DNA of 64,000 bases from Candidatus Omnitrophota bacterium (GTDB lineage Bacteria; Omnitrophota; Gorgyraeia; Gygaellales; JAQTUX01), in assembly GCA_028707125.1 (NCBI GenBank), contig JAQTUX010000002.1, positions 433,872 through 497,871 of the forward strand. Direction: 5' to 3'. Below are positions 46,711-55,206 of this stretch, piece by piece. Within the stretch, counting starts at the first letter, position 1. Each line of letters starts with the position of its first letter. The notes below the pieces were generated by a model, which was given only the letters and a program-made list of their open reading frames with translations, searched no databases and was not told the DNA's origin. The translations under genes and the position numbers were made by a program.

Positions 46711-47083
46711 GGTCAACCGGAGCGTGGAATTTCTGCGCCCCCTTTCTCGCTATCTCCTCTCTGTTAATATTTCTCTCAACCTCGCCGCCTTCCTTTACTT
46801 TAGTATCTACCTCGTCGGCTCTACCGGTAGCAAACCTTGATTCAAGATAATACGGCTCATATTGCCCTGTCTGAAAACTCAATTCTGTGGTATTGCCAAC
46901 ATCGGTAAGCGTTATTCCCGTCTCTGTTCCGGCTATTGTCGGCTGAAGCTGCGTAGATTGCTCTATCCTGCCCTGCAGGCCTCTTTTTACGTATGTCTGC
47001 ATGGCGATCGCGGCAGCTACTACCAGCCCGATAAGAACCGCGTATTCCGCGGTATTCTGCCCCTCTCTATTCCGTAGTAACAT
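46706..47083 (-). CDS. Flp/TadE-type prepilin-like paralog (MLLRNREG/QNTAEYAVL…)
   Basis: 125 aa. RBS GGGGGTG 7 nt upstream. Confidence 0.65.
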   Translation of the reverse strand: MLLRNREGQNTAEYAVLIGLVVAAAIAMQTYVKRGLQGRIEQSTQLQPTIAGTETGITLTDVGNTTELSFQTGQYEPYYLESRFATGRADEVDTKVKEGGEVERNINREEIARKGAQKFHAPVDQ

Positions 47084-47120
47084 TTATTTTCACCCCCTTT
47101 AAGCGAATGAATGACTCTGA

Positions 47121-47582
47121 CTATGTGCCGTTAATGGTCCGATTAGCTGTTGCCCCGGGTTTTTCCTGCGTCTGGTATCCTATTCTCTTTGTCTTAGTGT
47201 CGGATTCAGCGCGTAAAACAGCGCCTCCCAGACCTACATGTTCATGTTCAGGCGTTCTGCTGGCGCTTACGAAATCCGAACGAAGATATTCTGGTTCATA
47301 CTGATGCCCGCTTGCGAACAGGTTCTCAGCACCGATAAAAGGCACCGTAGCATTTATGGTCGTATTTGTCGTTGTCGTATTGTTTACGGGATTGGTCGTC
47401 CGCAATACACCCGCAAGACTAAAAGTGCTTACTGTATGCGGCCTTGCGTCTACCGCGTCTTTCACCTTCCCTTGTATGCTTCTCTTAACCAATGTCTGCA
47501 TGCCAATCGCGGCAGCTACTACCAGCCCTATCAGGACGGCGTATTCCGCGGTATTCTGCCCCTTTCTATTCCGTAGTAACAT
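47121..47582 (-). CDS. Flp/TadE-type prepilin-like paralog (MLLRNRKG/QNTAEYAVL…), Thr/Asn-rich C-terminus
   Basis: 153 aa. The N-terminus and 5' leader are near-identical to 46706..47083. Confidence 0.65.
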   Translation of the reverse strand: MLLRNRKGQNTAEYAVLIGLVVAAAIGMQTLVKRSIQGKVKDAVDARPHTVSTFSLAGVLRTTNPVNNTTTTNTTINATVPFIGAENLFASGHQYEPEYLRSDFVSASRTPEHEHVGLGGAVLRAESDTKTKRIGYQTQEKPGATANRTINGT

Positions 47583-47619
47583 TTATTTTCACCCCCTTTA
47601 AGCGAATGAATGACTCTGA

Positions 47620-47847
47620 CTATGTAGTGCCGTTTACTGTTGGCCTTTCTCCTTCTAAAGGCGTATATGTTGCCCTGTAGCTCTCGGTCTTGTCTTGCAT
47701 TTCTCCCGCAACATGCGCTACACCCAACTCAAGATGCTTCTTCATAAGAGCGCTGATGACCACTACCGCAGCCACAATGGCTGTGAATACTATCACGTAT
47801 TCCATTATTGACTGGCCCTTCTTCGCGTTGAACTTCATTTCTTTCAC
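47620..47847 (-). CDS. Short Flp-type prepilin (MKEMKFNAKKG/QSIMEYVIVF…)
   Basis: 75 aa, classic Flp size and motif. Confidence 0.65.
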   Translation of the reverse strand: MKEMKFNAKKGQSIMEYVIVFTAIVAAVVVISALMKKHLELGVAHVAGEMQDKTESYRATYTPLEGERPTVNGTT

Positions 47848-47896
47848 CTCCTTCTTTTAACAAAAAATCCCGGCAAAATTACCGGGATAAATCCTG

Positions 47897-48061
47897 TCAG
47901 GTATTCAGCGGCTCGGCGTTGATCTGATTCTCCAATGCCTTCAGATTCGCCTGCACAGCCCGCTGCACATAAACGCGCATAGCCACAAACGCGCTGACCA
48001 CAATAATTATTAAGACAGCATACTCAAGTGAGGCCTGACCCCTATGCCATCTATTTACCAT
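47897..48061 (-). CDS. Short Flp-type prepilin (MVNRWHRG/QASLEYAVL…); start at internal Met
   Basis: Track ORF 47897..48175 overlaps the upstream gene. The internal Met gives a 54-aa prepilin. Confidence 0.5.
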   Translation of the reverse strand: MVNRWHRGQASLEYAVLIIIVVSAFVAMRVYVQRAVQANLKALENQINAEPLNT

Positions 48062-48063
48062 CG

Positions 48064-48282
48064 CTACCTCCGGATTGACTCTGCTATGCCGCTGAAAAAA
48101 CCTCTCAATCCAAACGCGCTTTCGCTTTTCAAGTAAGCCGCGAACATCACAAAGGTCACCACCGCGAAGGCACAAAAGATCAAAAAATATTCTACTGTTG
48201 CTTGGCCTTTTTTAATTCTTAAGCACTTTGTAAAAGTTTTGTTTAAGTGCCTAATAAAAAAACCGAAAGTTTCTTTCATCAT
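48064..48282 (-). CDS. Flp-type prepilin-like ORF (…RIKKG/QATVEYFLIF…) with uncertain start
   Basis: Has the G/XXXXEY motif, but its first 10 codons coincide with a hairpin + T-run terminator-like structure. Confidence 0.45.
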   Translation of the reverse strand: MMKETFGFFIRHLNKTFTKCLRIKKGQATVEYFLIFCAFAVVTFVMFAAYLKSESAFGLRGFFSGIAESIRR

Positions 48283-48300
48283 TTCCTTTCGGCTTTCGGT
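48250..48300 (-). terminator. Hairpin (CCGAAAG…CTTTCGG / GAAAG-AAA-CTTTC) followed by T7 run on minus strand
   Basis: The minus strand reads '…ccgaaagccgaaaggaaatgatgaaagaaactttcggtttttttatt'. It lies ~170 nt downstream of the 532-aa gene stop and inside the first codons of pilin ORF 48064..48282. Confidence 0.4.
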
Positions 48301-48466
48301 AGCCCGGCCTACCTTGATAACAATGTTGTCAAGGTACCGTGGCTTTGCGCATCCCGGCTTACGCCGGGAATTGCCCTTTTCGCTGCCGTTCTACTTGCAC
48401 TTAAAATATACCATATATACTACTATATGTCAAGCGCAAAACTGCCTGAAATTGAAAGCGGTTACA

Positions 48467-50065
48467 TTATTGTGAGAACCAGAAACGGCGGCCGGTTTTA
48501 TCAACGCTATTTAGTTCGTTGGCGCGCTTAGAAAGATAGGCAATATCGTTGGTATGGCCTTGCGGCTGGAATTTGATGAGGTTGTATTTATCCTGTTGGA
48601 TCGATCTGCCGCGTAGTTTGAAAACCCGCTCCGTTATATCGTTTAAGGCAATCTTATCATAACCTATTGGCAATAAATGTGTTGCGCAATACTTTATCAG
48701 GCCCCAGCGCCAGGCCTTAAGCACGCTCTCAAAGGATAGCGCCTCAGGTATGTATCCCCTCTCCCCCTGCTTGCGCGTTTCCTCCGTCGAGAAAACATTC
48801 TTCAGGCCGAATGAGAAAAACTCGATCCTCTTGTTGAAATCATCCAGAGCATCCTTGAAATCAGGCCATTTGTTTAAATACGCCCGGGCAACGTCCTCTT
48901 TGCTTAACGACTCTTTATCCATATCTGTCAGCAACACAAGATAATACCTGTCCCGCGAGGCCTTCTTAATGAAAATGGCCCTTAACGTAACTAATTGATT
49001 TAGCTTATGTTGCGTGAATTGAGCCGTCCCTTCCGACAATACGATCTCCTCAAGATCGGGTCCTGGCCGGAAAAAAGACCCTTCTTTTTTATCCTCTAAG
49101 GCGATTTCGGAGGCGTATTGCCCTTCAGGCAGCCCTATTATAAAGTCGGTTTTAAGGCGCGGTATCTCGCAGGCGCTGCTTATCTCCTCTCTGCCAGAGG
49201 TGAAGAACGATATGTTTTTAACGTAGAGATGCGAGGGGAACTTACAGCAGCCGATGAAATCAAGCAGGCCTTGCGGCATCTTGCTCGCTAAGGGGGCGAT
49301 AAAGATAACAAACGGCTCTGTCTTGTTTATGAAGGTATTTTTTATATAAATCTCTGTATTGTAATATGTTGCGTAAAAATCTGACGGGATATTACCATAA
49401 GGCCAGATCGTCCTCGCGCTTGCGTCAATATATATTGAAGAGTCGTCTGATAACACAAATTTCAAATACTGCACCTCTCGGATACGCGGCATAAGCTCTT
49501 TGTATAACCTGAAATTGATTGCTGTATTATATTGCAATTGTTCAAGATAAGATACCAACCCCCCATAATCTATGCCGGCTCCTGTAAGGCGCTCAAACGT
49601 CTCTTTTATATAACTATTTGATTCGTAATCGTTTACGTCACCAAATAGGGAGATGTACAATAAAGTTTCCACGAGCGCCCTGATGTTTCCAGGGGCATTT
49701 TCGGCAGTGGTTTCTTGCAATAAATTCGTTATATAATCAACCCCTCCCAAAGTGTTTTCAATTGCCTTGAGCAAATATAGGCCCATATTCAATTCGCCTT
49801 CTTGAGGGAGTTTTGGGGGCTCCGGTTTTATCTCTGGCCTTATCTCAGGAAGGGGCGGCACAGGCGCCCCCTTCCTGCGCCTGCCAACAGGGCTGCTTAG
49901 ATTTAATTGTTTGATTATATTATTTACTGTGGACTTTGATATTGTCTTATTGAATCTCTGAGAAAGCGTAGCGGATATTTTCCTCGCGCTCAGGCCGGGG
50001 TTTTGCTTCTTAAGATCAGAAATGCTCTGTTTGAGCTCTTCAGTTACTTTGTAGATAACGCCCAT
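48467..50065 (-). CDS. Hypothetical 532-aa protein with N-terminal HTH-like segment
   Basis: Track ORF. The N-terminal '…LSARKISATLSQRFNKTISKSTVNNIIKQ…' resembles a helix-turn-helix, followed by a Pro/Lys-rich linker and a large unassigned domain. Confidence 0.55.
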   Translation of the reverse strand: MGVIYKVTEELKQSISDLKKQNPGLSARKISATLSQRFNKTISKSTVNNIIKQLNLSSPVGRRRKGAPVPPLPEIRPEIKPEPPKLPQEGELNMGLYLLKAIENTLGGVDYITNLLQETTAENAPGNIRALVETLLYISLFGDVNDYESNSYIKETFERLTGAGIDYGGLVSYLEQLQYNTAINFRLYKELMPRIREVQYLKFVLSDDSSIYIDASARTIWPYGNIPSDFYATYYNTEIYIKNTFINKTEPFVIFIAPLASKMPQGLLDFIGCCKFPSHLYVKNISFFTSGREEISSACEIPRLKTDFIIGLPEGQYASEIALEDKKEGSFFRPGPDLEEIVLSEGTAQFTQHKLNQLVTLRAIFIKKASRDRYYLVLLTDMDKESLSKEDVARAYLNKWPDFKDALDDFNKRIEFFSFGLKNVFSTEETRKQGERGYIPEALSFESVLKAWRWGLIKYCATHLLPIGYDKIALNDITERVFKLRGRSIQQDKYNLIKFQPQGHTNDIAYLSKRANELNSVDKTGRRFWFSQ

Positions 50066-50077
50066 TTAGTCAGCTCA

Positions 50078-50180
50078 AAAATGTCCAATCTAATCTTTAA
50101 GTCAGATTGGACATTTATGCCTCCACATCAAGTATAATACAAGAGTTAACTAAAGTCAAGTTAATTCAGATTGGACAATT
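50078..50180 (-). promoter_or_regulatory. Sigma70-like promoter (-35 TTGACT / 17 nt / -10 TATACT on minus strand) with palindromic operator ATGTCCAATCT-N12-AGATTGGACAT and a third half-site
   Basis: Plus-strand IR arms sit at 50081-50091 and 50104-50114, and the third half-site 'cagattggacaa' at 50167-50178. The -35 is the revcomp of 50154-50159 and the -10 the revcomp of 50131-50136. The element sits between the DUF192 stop and the start of the HTH-protein gene. Confidence 0.5.
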
Positions 50181-50190
50181 ATAGGAGAGT

Positions 50191-50532
50191 TTACTGAAAG
50201 GTAATGACATCCCCTGTTTCAGTGCGGGTCTGGCGAGCAGTTCCGGAAGGAAGTTCTATGCAGTAATAAGCCCCAAGATAAATGCCAGAAAGGCGCCAGG
50301 GCTGGAGATCATGCAAAACCTTGATAACCCTGCCCTGCCTTGTGGTAAAGACAGCGTCAATGCTGAATTTCATAAAAAAGGTGTGAATGGAGGTGCAGGC
50401 GGCTATGACCAGGCCCTCTCCCTGATGAAGGGACGTCTTTCCCAAAAGCCCCTTCATGCGCGAAACCAGGGTATCGGCTAAGGCGGCGTTTTCTGCCAGA
50501 ACCGTGCCCTTACCCTGGTTGATTATTTTCAT
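50191..50532 (-). CDS. DUF192-family protein (commonly encoded in tad loci)
   Basis: 113-aa track ORF whose sequence pattern (…GLLGK…GEGLVI…CTSIHTFFMKFSIDAVF…) is typical of DUF192/COG1430. Confidence 0.7.
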   Translation of the reverse strand: MKIINQGKGTVLAENAALADTLVSRMKGLLGKTSLHQGEGLVIAACTSIHTFFMKFSIDAVFTTRQGRVIKVLHDLQPWRLSGIYLGAYYCIELPSGTARQTRTETGDVITFQ

Positions 50533-52691
50533 TACTGCTTGAAGAGGTTATCAGGGACTTCAACACCGTGGGACTTTATTTCCTCTATAAATGAAGGGAT
50601 ATATCCTGTGGGGATGTAGGTGCCGGTGATCCTTCCGTCCTTATCAAGCCCTGTCTGCTTGAATGTAAAAATGTCCGCCATATCAATATGCACGTCGTCC
50701 TTCATGCCGGTGATCTCGGTGATCTGCATGATCTTCCGGGAGCCGTCAGAAAGCCGCGCCGTATGCACGATTATATCAACTGCCGAGGCGATCATTTCGC
50801 GTATGGCGCGGATAGGCAGTTCTGCCCCGGACATCAGTATCATTGAATCAAGCCGGGAAAGGACATCGTGAGTGGAATTGGCGTGTATGGTGGTAAGCGA
50901 ACCGTCGTGGCCTGTGTTCATTGCCTGAAGCATATCCAGGGATTCCGGGCCGCGGCATTCGCCTATTATTACCCTATCAGGCCTCATTCTCAGGGTATTC
51001 CTGAAAAGCTCCCGTATGCTGATGCCGCCCTTGCCTTCTATATTGGGCGGCCTTGACTCAAGCCGCCCCCAATGCTCCTGGCGAAGCTTCAACTCTGCCG
51101 CGTCTTCAATGGTTATGATCCTCTCATTCTCCGGTATAAACTCGGAGAGCACATTCAAAACCGTGGTCTTGCCTGAGCCGGTTCCGCCGGACACTATCAG
51201 ATTCTTACGCACGATCACGCATATCTTTAAGAAATCCTTCATCTGTTCGCTTAAGGTGCCGAACCTCAGCAGATCATTGATATTGAACCTCTCTACGCCG
51301 AATTTCCTTATGGTAAGCATTGGCCCGGTAAGGGAAAGCGGCGGGATGATCGCGTTCACGCGGGAGCCGTCAGGAAGGCGCGCGTCCACCATGGGAGTGG
51401 ACTCGTCAATATGCCTGCCGAGAGGGGCGATTATCCTCTCAATGATCTGCCGGACCTGATCGTCCGAAAGAAACCTCTTGCTGGTCAATTCTATCCTGCC
51501 GCGCCTTTCTATATAGATCTGGTCCTTATTATTGACCATTATGTCGGTTATGTCTGGATCGCTGATAAGGTCTTCCAGCGGCCCTAACCCCAGCGCTTCA
51601 TCCGTGATCTCTTTTATAAGCCGCTTTCTAACCTCAAAACTGGAGAGGAATGCTCCGGTCTCGGCAGCCAGGGCGTTTGACACGGCCTTCTCGGTCTTCT
51701 CCTTTATCTGGCTCACCTTATTCGGATCGATCGTATTCAGATCAAGCCGTTTCAGATCCAATTCTTCTATGATACGCTGGTGCACCCTTTTCTTAAGGAT
51801 GATGACTTCGTCCCTCTCGGACTCTACTCTTTCCGCCAGGCGCAGCGGCTCAGCCAACCCCAGGCGCCGCCAGAAATCTCCTTCCTTGGCCAAAACAGAT
51901 TCTCTTGCCCTCTCCAGCGCCACCTCCTGGTGTTCAATGTACAGGTCCGCCTTCTCAACAAGGACCTTGCCCAGGCCCTTGATCACATTGCTTACCTTTG
52001 AGCGCGGGGCGTCAATTACGATGGGGACCCTTCTGTTCACGGAATAACCCACTGCCTTGCCTTCCGAGGGGATCTTGGCCAGTATCTCACAGGGAAGCGC
52101 TGCCCTTACCTCCTGCCAGGTAACACCCCCCACGCTCTCTGAACGGTTGAGGAGAAGCTTTACCATTTTCAGGGGGAAGTGCAGCGATTGCAGAACATCC
52201 AATGACCACTTGGTCTGATACACGGAAAGTATGTCGGGGGTAACCACCAGGAGGACAAGGTTTGACTGATTAAAGGCATAAAACAGCATCTCAGAAAAAC
52301 CCTTACCCACATCCATAATAACGTAGTCATATTCCTTATTGAGCATCGCGAAGACGTCGCTTATGTATTTTTCCTCAAGGTGCACGCTCTGGCGGGGGCG
52401 GGAGACCGCGGCAAGGAAATCAATTTTCAGATCGGGGAGTTTCAGCATAAACTCCCTTATAGACGCCACCGGCGGCTGTTTCTTAAGGCCGACTATCGCG
52501 TCAAGAAAGTTATACGACGGGCTTATGTTAAGCATGCGCGCCATATCTCCCGGCGCCTGAGTATCCAGGTCAAGCAGGGCGACCTTCTTGCCCTGGTCTT
52601 TTGCTATGCTTACGGCAAGATTGGCGGCGATAAGGGTTTTCCCTACCCCACCCTTAGTGGAGAAAATCGCGATTGTCTTAGCGGAAGGCAT
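50532..52691 (-). CDS. tadA: Fused TadZ/CpaE-like ParA-type ATPase domain + TadA/CpaF secretion ATPase (719 aa)
   Basis: The N-terminus 'IAIFSTKGGVGKTLIAANLAV' is a deviant Walker A of the MinD/ParA/CpaE type. The C-terminus 'IVSGGTGSGKTTVLN…' is a CpaF/VirB11-type Walker A, followed by the His-box region. Confidence 0.8.
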   Translation of the reverse strand: MPSAKTIAIFSTKGGVGKTLIAANLAVSIAKDQGKKVALLDLDTQAPGDMARMLNISPSYNFLDAIVGLKKQPPVASIREFMLKLPDLKIDFLAAVSRPRQSVHLEEKYISDVFAMLNKEYDYVIMDVGKGFSEMLFYAFNQSNLVLLVVTPDILSVYQTKWSLDVLQSLHFPLKMVKLLLNRSESVGGVTWQEVRAALPCEILAKIPSEGKAVGYSVNRRVPIVIDAPRSKVSNVIKGLGKVLVEKADLYIEHQEVALERARESVLAKEGDFWRRLGLAEPLRLAERVESERDEVIILKKRVHQRIIEELDLKRLDLNTIDPNKVSQIKEKTEKAVSNALAAETGAFLSSFEVRKRLIKEITDEALGLGPLEDLISDPDITDIMVNNKDQIYIERRGRIELTSKRFLSDDQVRQIIERIIAPLGRHIDESTPMVDARLPDGSRVNAIIPPLSLTGPMLTIRKFGVERFNINDLLRFGTLSEQMKDFLKICVIVRKNLIVSGGTGSGKTTVLNVLSEFIPENERIITIEDAAELKLRQEHWGRLESRPPNIEGKGGISIRELFRNTLRMRPDRVIIGECRGPESLDMLQAMNTGHDGSLTTIHANSTHDVLSRLDSMILMSGAELPIRAIREMIASAVDIIVHTARLSDGSRKIMQITEITGMKDDVHIDMADIFTFKQTGLDKDGRITGTYIPTGYIPSFIEEIKSHGVEVPDNLFKQ

Positions 52692-52700
52692 AGTTATTCT

Positions 52701-54311
52701 TCAGCGTCTTTTATAAACAATGGGGACGTCAACCCAGAGTTCTCCATCCTGGATCTGGGGCGGAAACGGAGGATAGGGGGACTGCGCTTTGGCAACGGAG
52801 ATCGAGGCGTCATCAATGATCTTGTAGCCGGATGACTCGGTTAATTTTATATCCCCGAGCCGGCCGTTACGCAGGATGCGAAGGCTTAATTTCACTACCC
52901 CTTCCCATCCCGCGTCGCGGGCAACCTTAGGATAATACACTGACCTGGATATCTTGGTCTGCACTGCCTTGACGTATTTGTACACATTTTCGTTGCCCAG
53001 AAAATATGAAGGAGAGACGATATCCGCCTCAAATGAGGCATCGCTCCTCTGCCGGGACATCCCCCCCTTGCGCAGGGAAAGATTGCCGATGTCCTCTTCC
53101 TTTATAACGTGAGGGGTAAGAGTGATCACCAGCTCCGTCTGGTTATTGGTAAAACTTTTTGACCTGAACAGAGCGCCTAAAACCGGCACATCTCCCAGGG
53201 CAGGCCACTTAGTCAAGGTATCGCTGTCTTTATTCTTAATTAAACCCGCCAGAAATACGGTCTGTCCGTCCTTAAGATATAGTTCGCTCTCCGCCTTGCG
53301 CGTGTCAAAGCCGGGTATGTTGATACCGCCTGCCGTTACTGAATTAGCGGTATTTATCTCGCTTACCTCCATTGTCAGCTGGGTAATGATCGCCTCGCTT
53401 TTTGTGTAAGTAGGCTTGATCTTCAAAGAGATACCTATATCCCTGTATTCCACATTAGTGGTAAAATTCTCTCCCAGCGTGCTGGTAGTGACAATGGGCA
53501 CCTCTCCGCCGACAAGGAACTCCGCCTCTTTACCGCTTAAACATACGAGTTTTGGCCGGGAAAGCACCCTGCCCTTGCCGCGCTTGATATACATGTTCAA
53601 TGCCGCGGTCACGTCTGTGCGGGTAAGGTAGCCGATCCTGAATGCCTCCGCCACCCTGTGGCTGAGCGGCTCTGTGGCTATGCCTTCAAAGGGGTTTTCC
53701 GTTACGGTTGTAAGCGGCTGGAGCGTCCAGCCGACGCCCAGATTATCGGCGTCGTCTATAGTCAACTCCAGGATCTGGACGTCTATCTCAATAGAGGTCT
53801 TTGACTCCTCGGTAATAACCGTGTTTACTACATATTGTTTCAAATCGCCCAATACGTAGTCAAGCTTCTCTTTTTCCGCTTCATTCACTACCTGTCCGCT
53901 CAGAAATACCTTCCTCTCATCCTCGTTTATCTTTGTCTGAACTTCGGAAAAACCCGTATCCGCGAGGACCCGCTTGATCCGCGCGTTAACCTGGTCCAGA
54001 TCCACGCTGAATACCTTCAGGCGGAAGGAGTGCTCGCCGAATTTATCCCAGTAAACAAAGGTGGTGGTGCCGTCCGCCTTAGCGTTCACTACTATATCTG
54101 TTTCAGTAACCTCGGCGACATCCGCCACAGCGGGATTACCGATCACCACCCGTGTCGGCTCTTGCGCTTCAAAATGCCTGACCTCATTCACCATCAGCAT
54201 TATCTCTTCAACGCCTTCTATCTCCCCTATATCAAACAATGCCGACGCGGGAGCGGGATGCGACAGTGCCAGTAAACCAACCAGGATAGGAACTAACAGC
54301 GCTTTTCTCAT
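52701..54311 (-). CDS. cpaC: CpaC/RcpA-type secretin with C-terminal TonB_C-like domain
   Basis: Signal peptide. Secretin core '…LVCLSGKEAEFLVGGEVPIVTTS…ISLKIKP…VFLAGLI…'. C-terminal 'YPKVARDAGWEGVVKLSLRILRNGRLGDIKLTESSGYKIIDDASISVAKAQ…PFP' resembles the TonB C-terminal domain. Confidence 0.8.
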   Translation of the reverse strand: MRKALLVPILVGLLALSHPAPASALFDIGEIEGVEEIMLMVNEVRHFEAQEPTRVVIGNPAVADVAEVTETDIVVNAKADGTTTFVYWDKFGEHSFRLKVFSVDLDQVNARIKRVLADTGFSEVQTKINEDERKVFLSGQVVNEAEKEKLDYVLGDLKQYVVNTVITEESKTSIEIDVQILELTIDDADNLGVGWTLQPLTTVTENPFEGIATEPLSHRVAEAFRIGYLTRTDVTAALNMYIKRGKGRVLSRPKLVCLSGKEAEFLVGGEVPIVTTSTLGENFTTNVEYRDIGISLKIKPTYTKSEAIITQLTMEVSEINTANSVTAGGINIPGFDTRKAESELYLKDGQTVFLAGLIKNKDSDTLTKWPALGDVPVLGALFRSKSFTNNQTELVITLTPHVIKEEDIGNLSLRKGGMSRQRSDASFEADIVSPSYFLGNENVYKYVKAVQTKISRSVYYPKVARDAGWEGVVKLSLRILRNGRLGDIKLTESSGYKIIDDASISVAKAQSPYPPFPPQIQDGELWVDVPIVYKRR

Positions 54312-55201
54312 TGCTCTCCCTTTCCGCCTGTCAGCGAAACGGTTTCCTTGCTAAGCCCTCTATATATCTCCACTTGCCTTGCCTGCGCCGGAGCCGTAGC
54401 TGCCTCCTGCGCCTTCTGGATCAACTCGGGATAGATATGCTGTAAGACCATATCCCAGCTTGCGGGCGGGGCCTTGGTAACCTTACTGTCCGCGGGCGAA
54501 CGCAATGACAGCCGGATCTTTCCCTGTTCATGCACAAAAGAGATCAGCGTGGCCTCTTCGGGGCTGACCGCTAGCGTTATAGGCGGGTTTGCCTGGGCGC
54601 TTGAACTCTCGCCGCGGGAGGTCTGCCCCCCTACCGCTAAAATAAGTATATTCTGGAACATCGTCATTGTGGTATTCTGGACGACCTGGTTGCCGTCAGG
54701 GCCGCGCATAGGTATGGGCACGTCTCCCAGCACATCTACATAGTCACCCGGCCGTATCATTCCGCCTACCGCGGCAATATTATCTATTATCAAAGTTATG
54801 GCGCGTTTTCCAGCCGGTGTCTTCATTGCCAGGGTAGTCTCATCTCCCGGCAGTTTGATCTTATTGCTCAGAATATGCTCGCCGCTGGATATATCCAGAG
54901 AGGCGATCTTGCCGATCGCGGCTCCCGTGTGGGTTAATGCCCTGGGCTGTATGGCTGACTTGGGAACCGATTCTACCTTAACGTCCCTCTCTTCTAAAAC
55001 CGTGCCGACGGAAATATCGCGCGCGGCAACAACGACATTAGAGTAATCTTCTTTCTGCGCCCGAGCCATACTCTTTAACCCCTCTTCTTTTTGCTTTATA
55101 TAAGTATTAATAAGCAAAACGGCAAGCGCGCCCGCGATTATGGCTATGGCCAGAGGCATATGTTTCTTGATACCGGAAACGCCAAGGGAGGGGATCGGCA
55201 T
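54308..55201 (-). CDS. cpaB: CpaB/RcpC Flp pilus assembly protein (SAF domain)
   Basis: 297 aa with an N-terminal TM segment and a SAF-like region. It overlaps the secretin start by 4 nt. Confidence 0.75.
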   Translation of the reverse strand: MPIPSLGVSGIKKHMPLAIAIIAGALAVLLINTYIKQKEEGLKSMARAQKEDYSNVVVAARDISVGTVLEERDVKVESVPKSAIQPRALTHTGAAIGKIASLDISSGEHILSNKIKLPGDETTLAMKTPAGKRAITLIIDNIAAVGGMIRPGDYVDVLGDVPIPMRGPDGNQVVQNTTMTMFQNILILAVGGQTSRGESSSAQANPPITLAVSPEEATLISFVHEQGKIRLSLRSPADSKVTKAPPASWDMVLQHIYPELIQKAQEAATAPAQARQVEIYRGLSKETVSLTGGKGEQ

Positions 55202-55206
55202 AAATA

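Noticed and set aside
40441-48531. Plus-strand ORFs within the pilin/TadG region (e.g. 44017..44424, 44126..44497, 44425..44808, 47238..47576, 48247..48531).
   Set aside because: They are antisense to the prepilin, TadE or TadG-like genes, with no prepilin or other motifs.
48467-50065. 532-aa HTH protein as a transposase or IS element, with the 50081-50114 inverted repeat as IS termini.
   Set aside because: No DDE or other catalytic transposase motifs were recognised. The inverted repeats are only 12 bp apart and sit between a -10 box and the start codon, so they fit an operator far better than IS terminal repeats.
50620-54354. Plus-strand ORFs overlapping tadA, secretin and cpaB (e.g. 51016..51459, 51532..52047, 52380..52835, 53835..54275, 54061..54354).
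   Set aside because: They are antisense to strongly supported tad genes.
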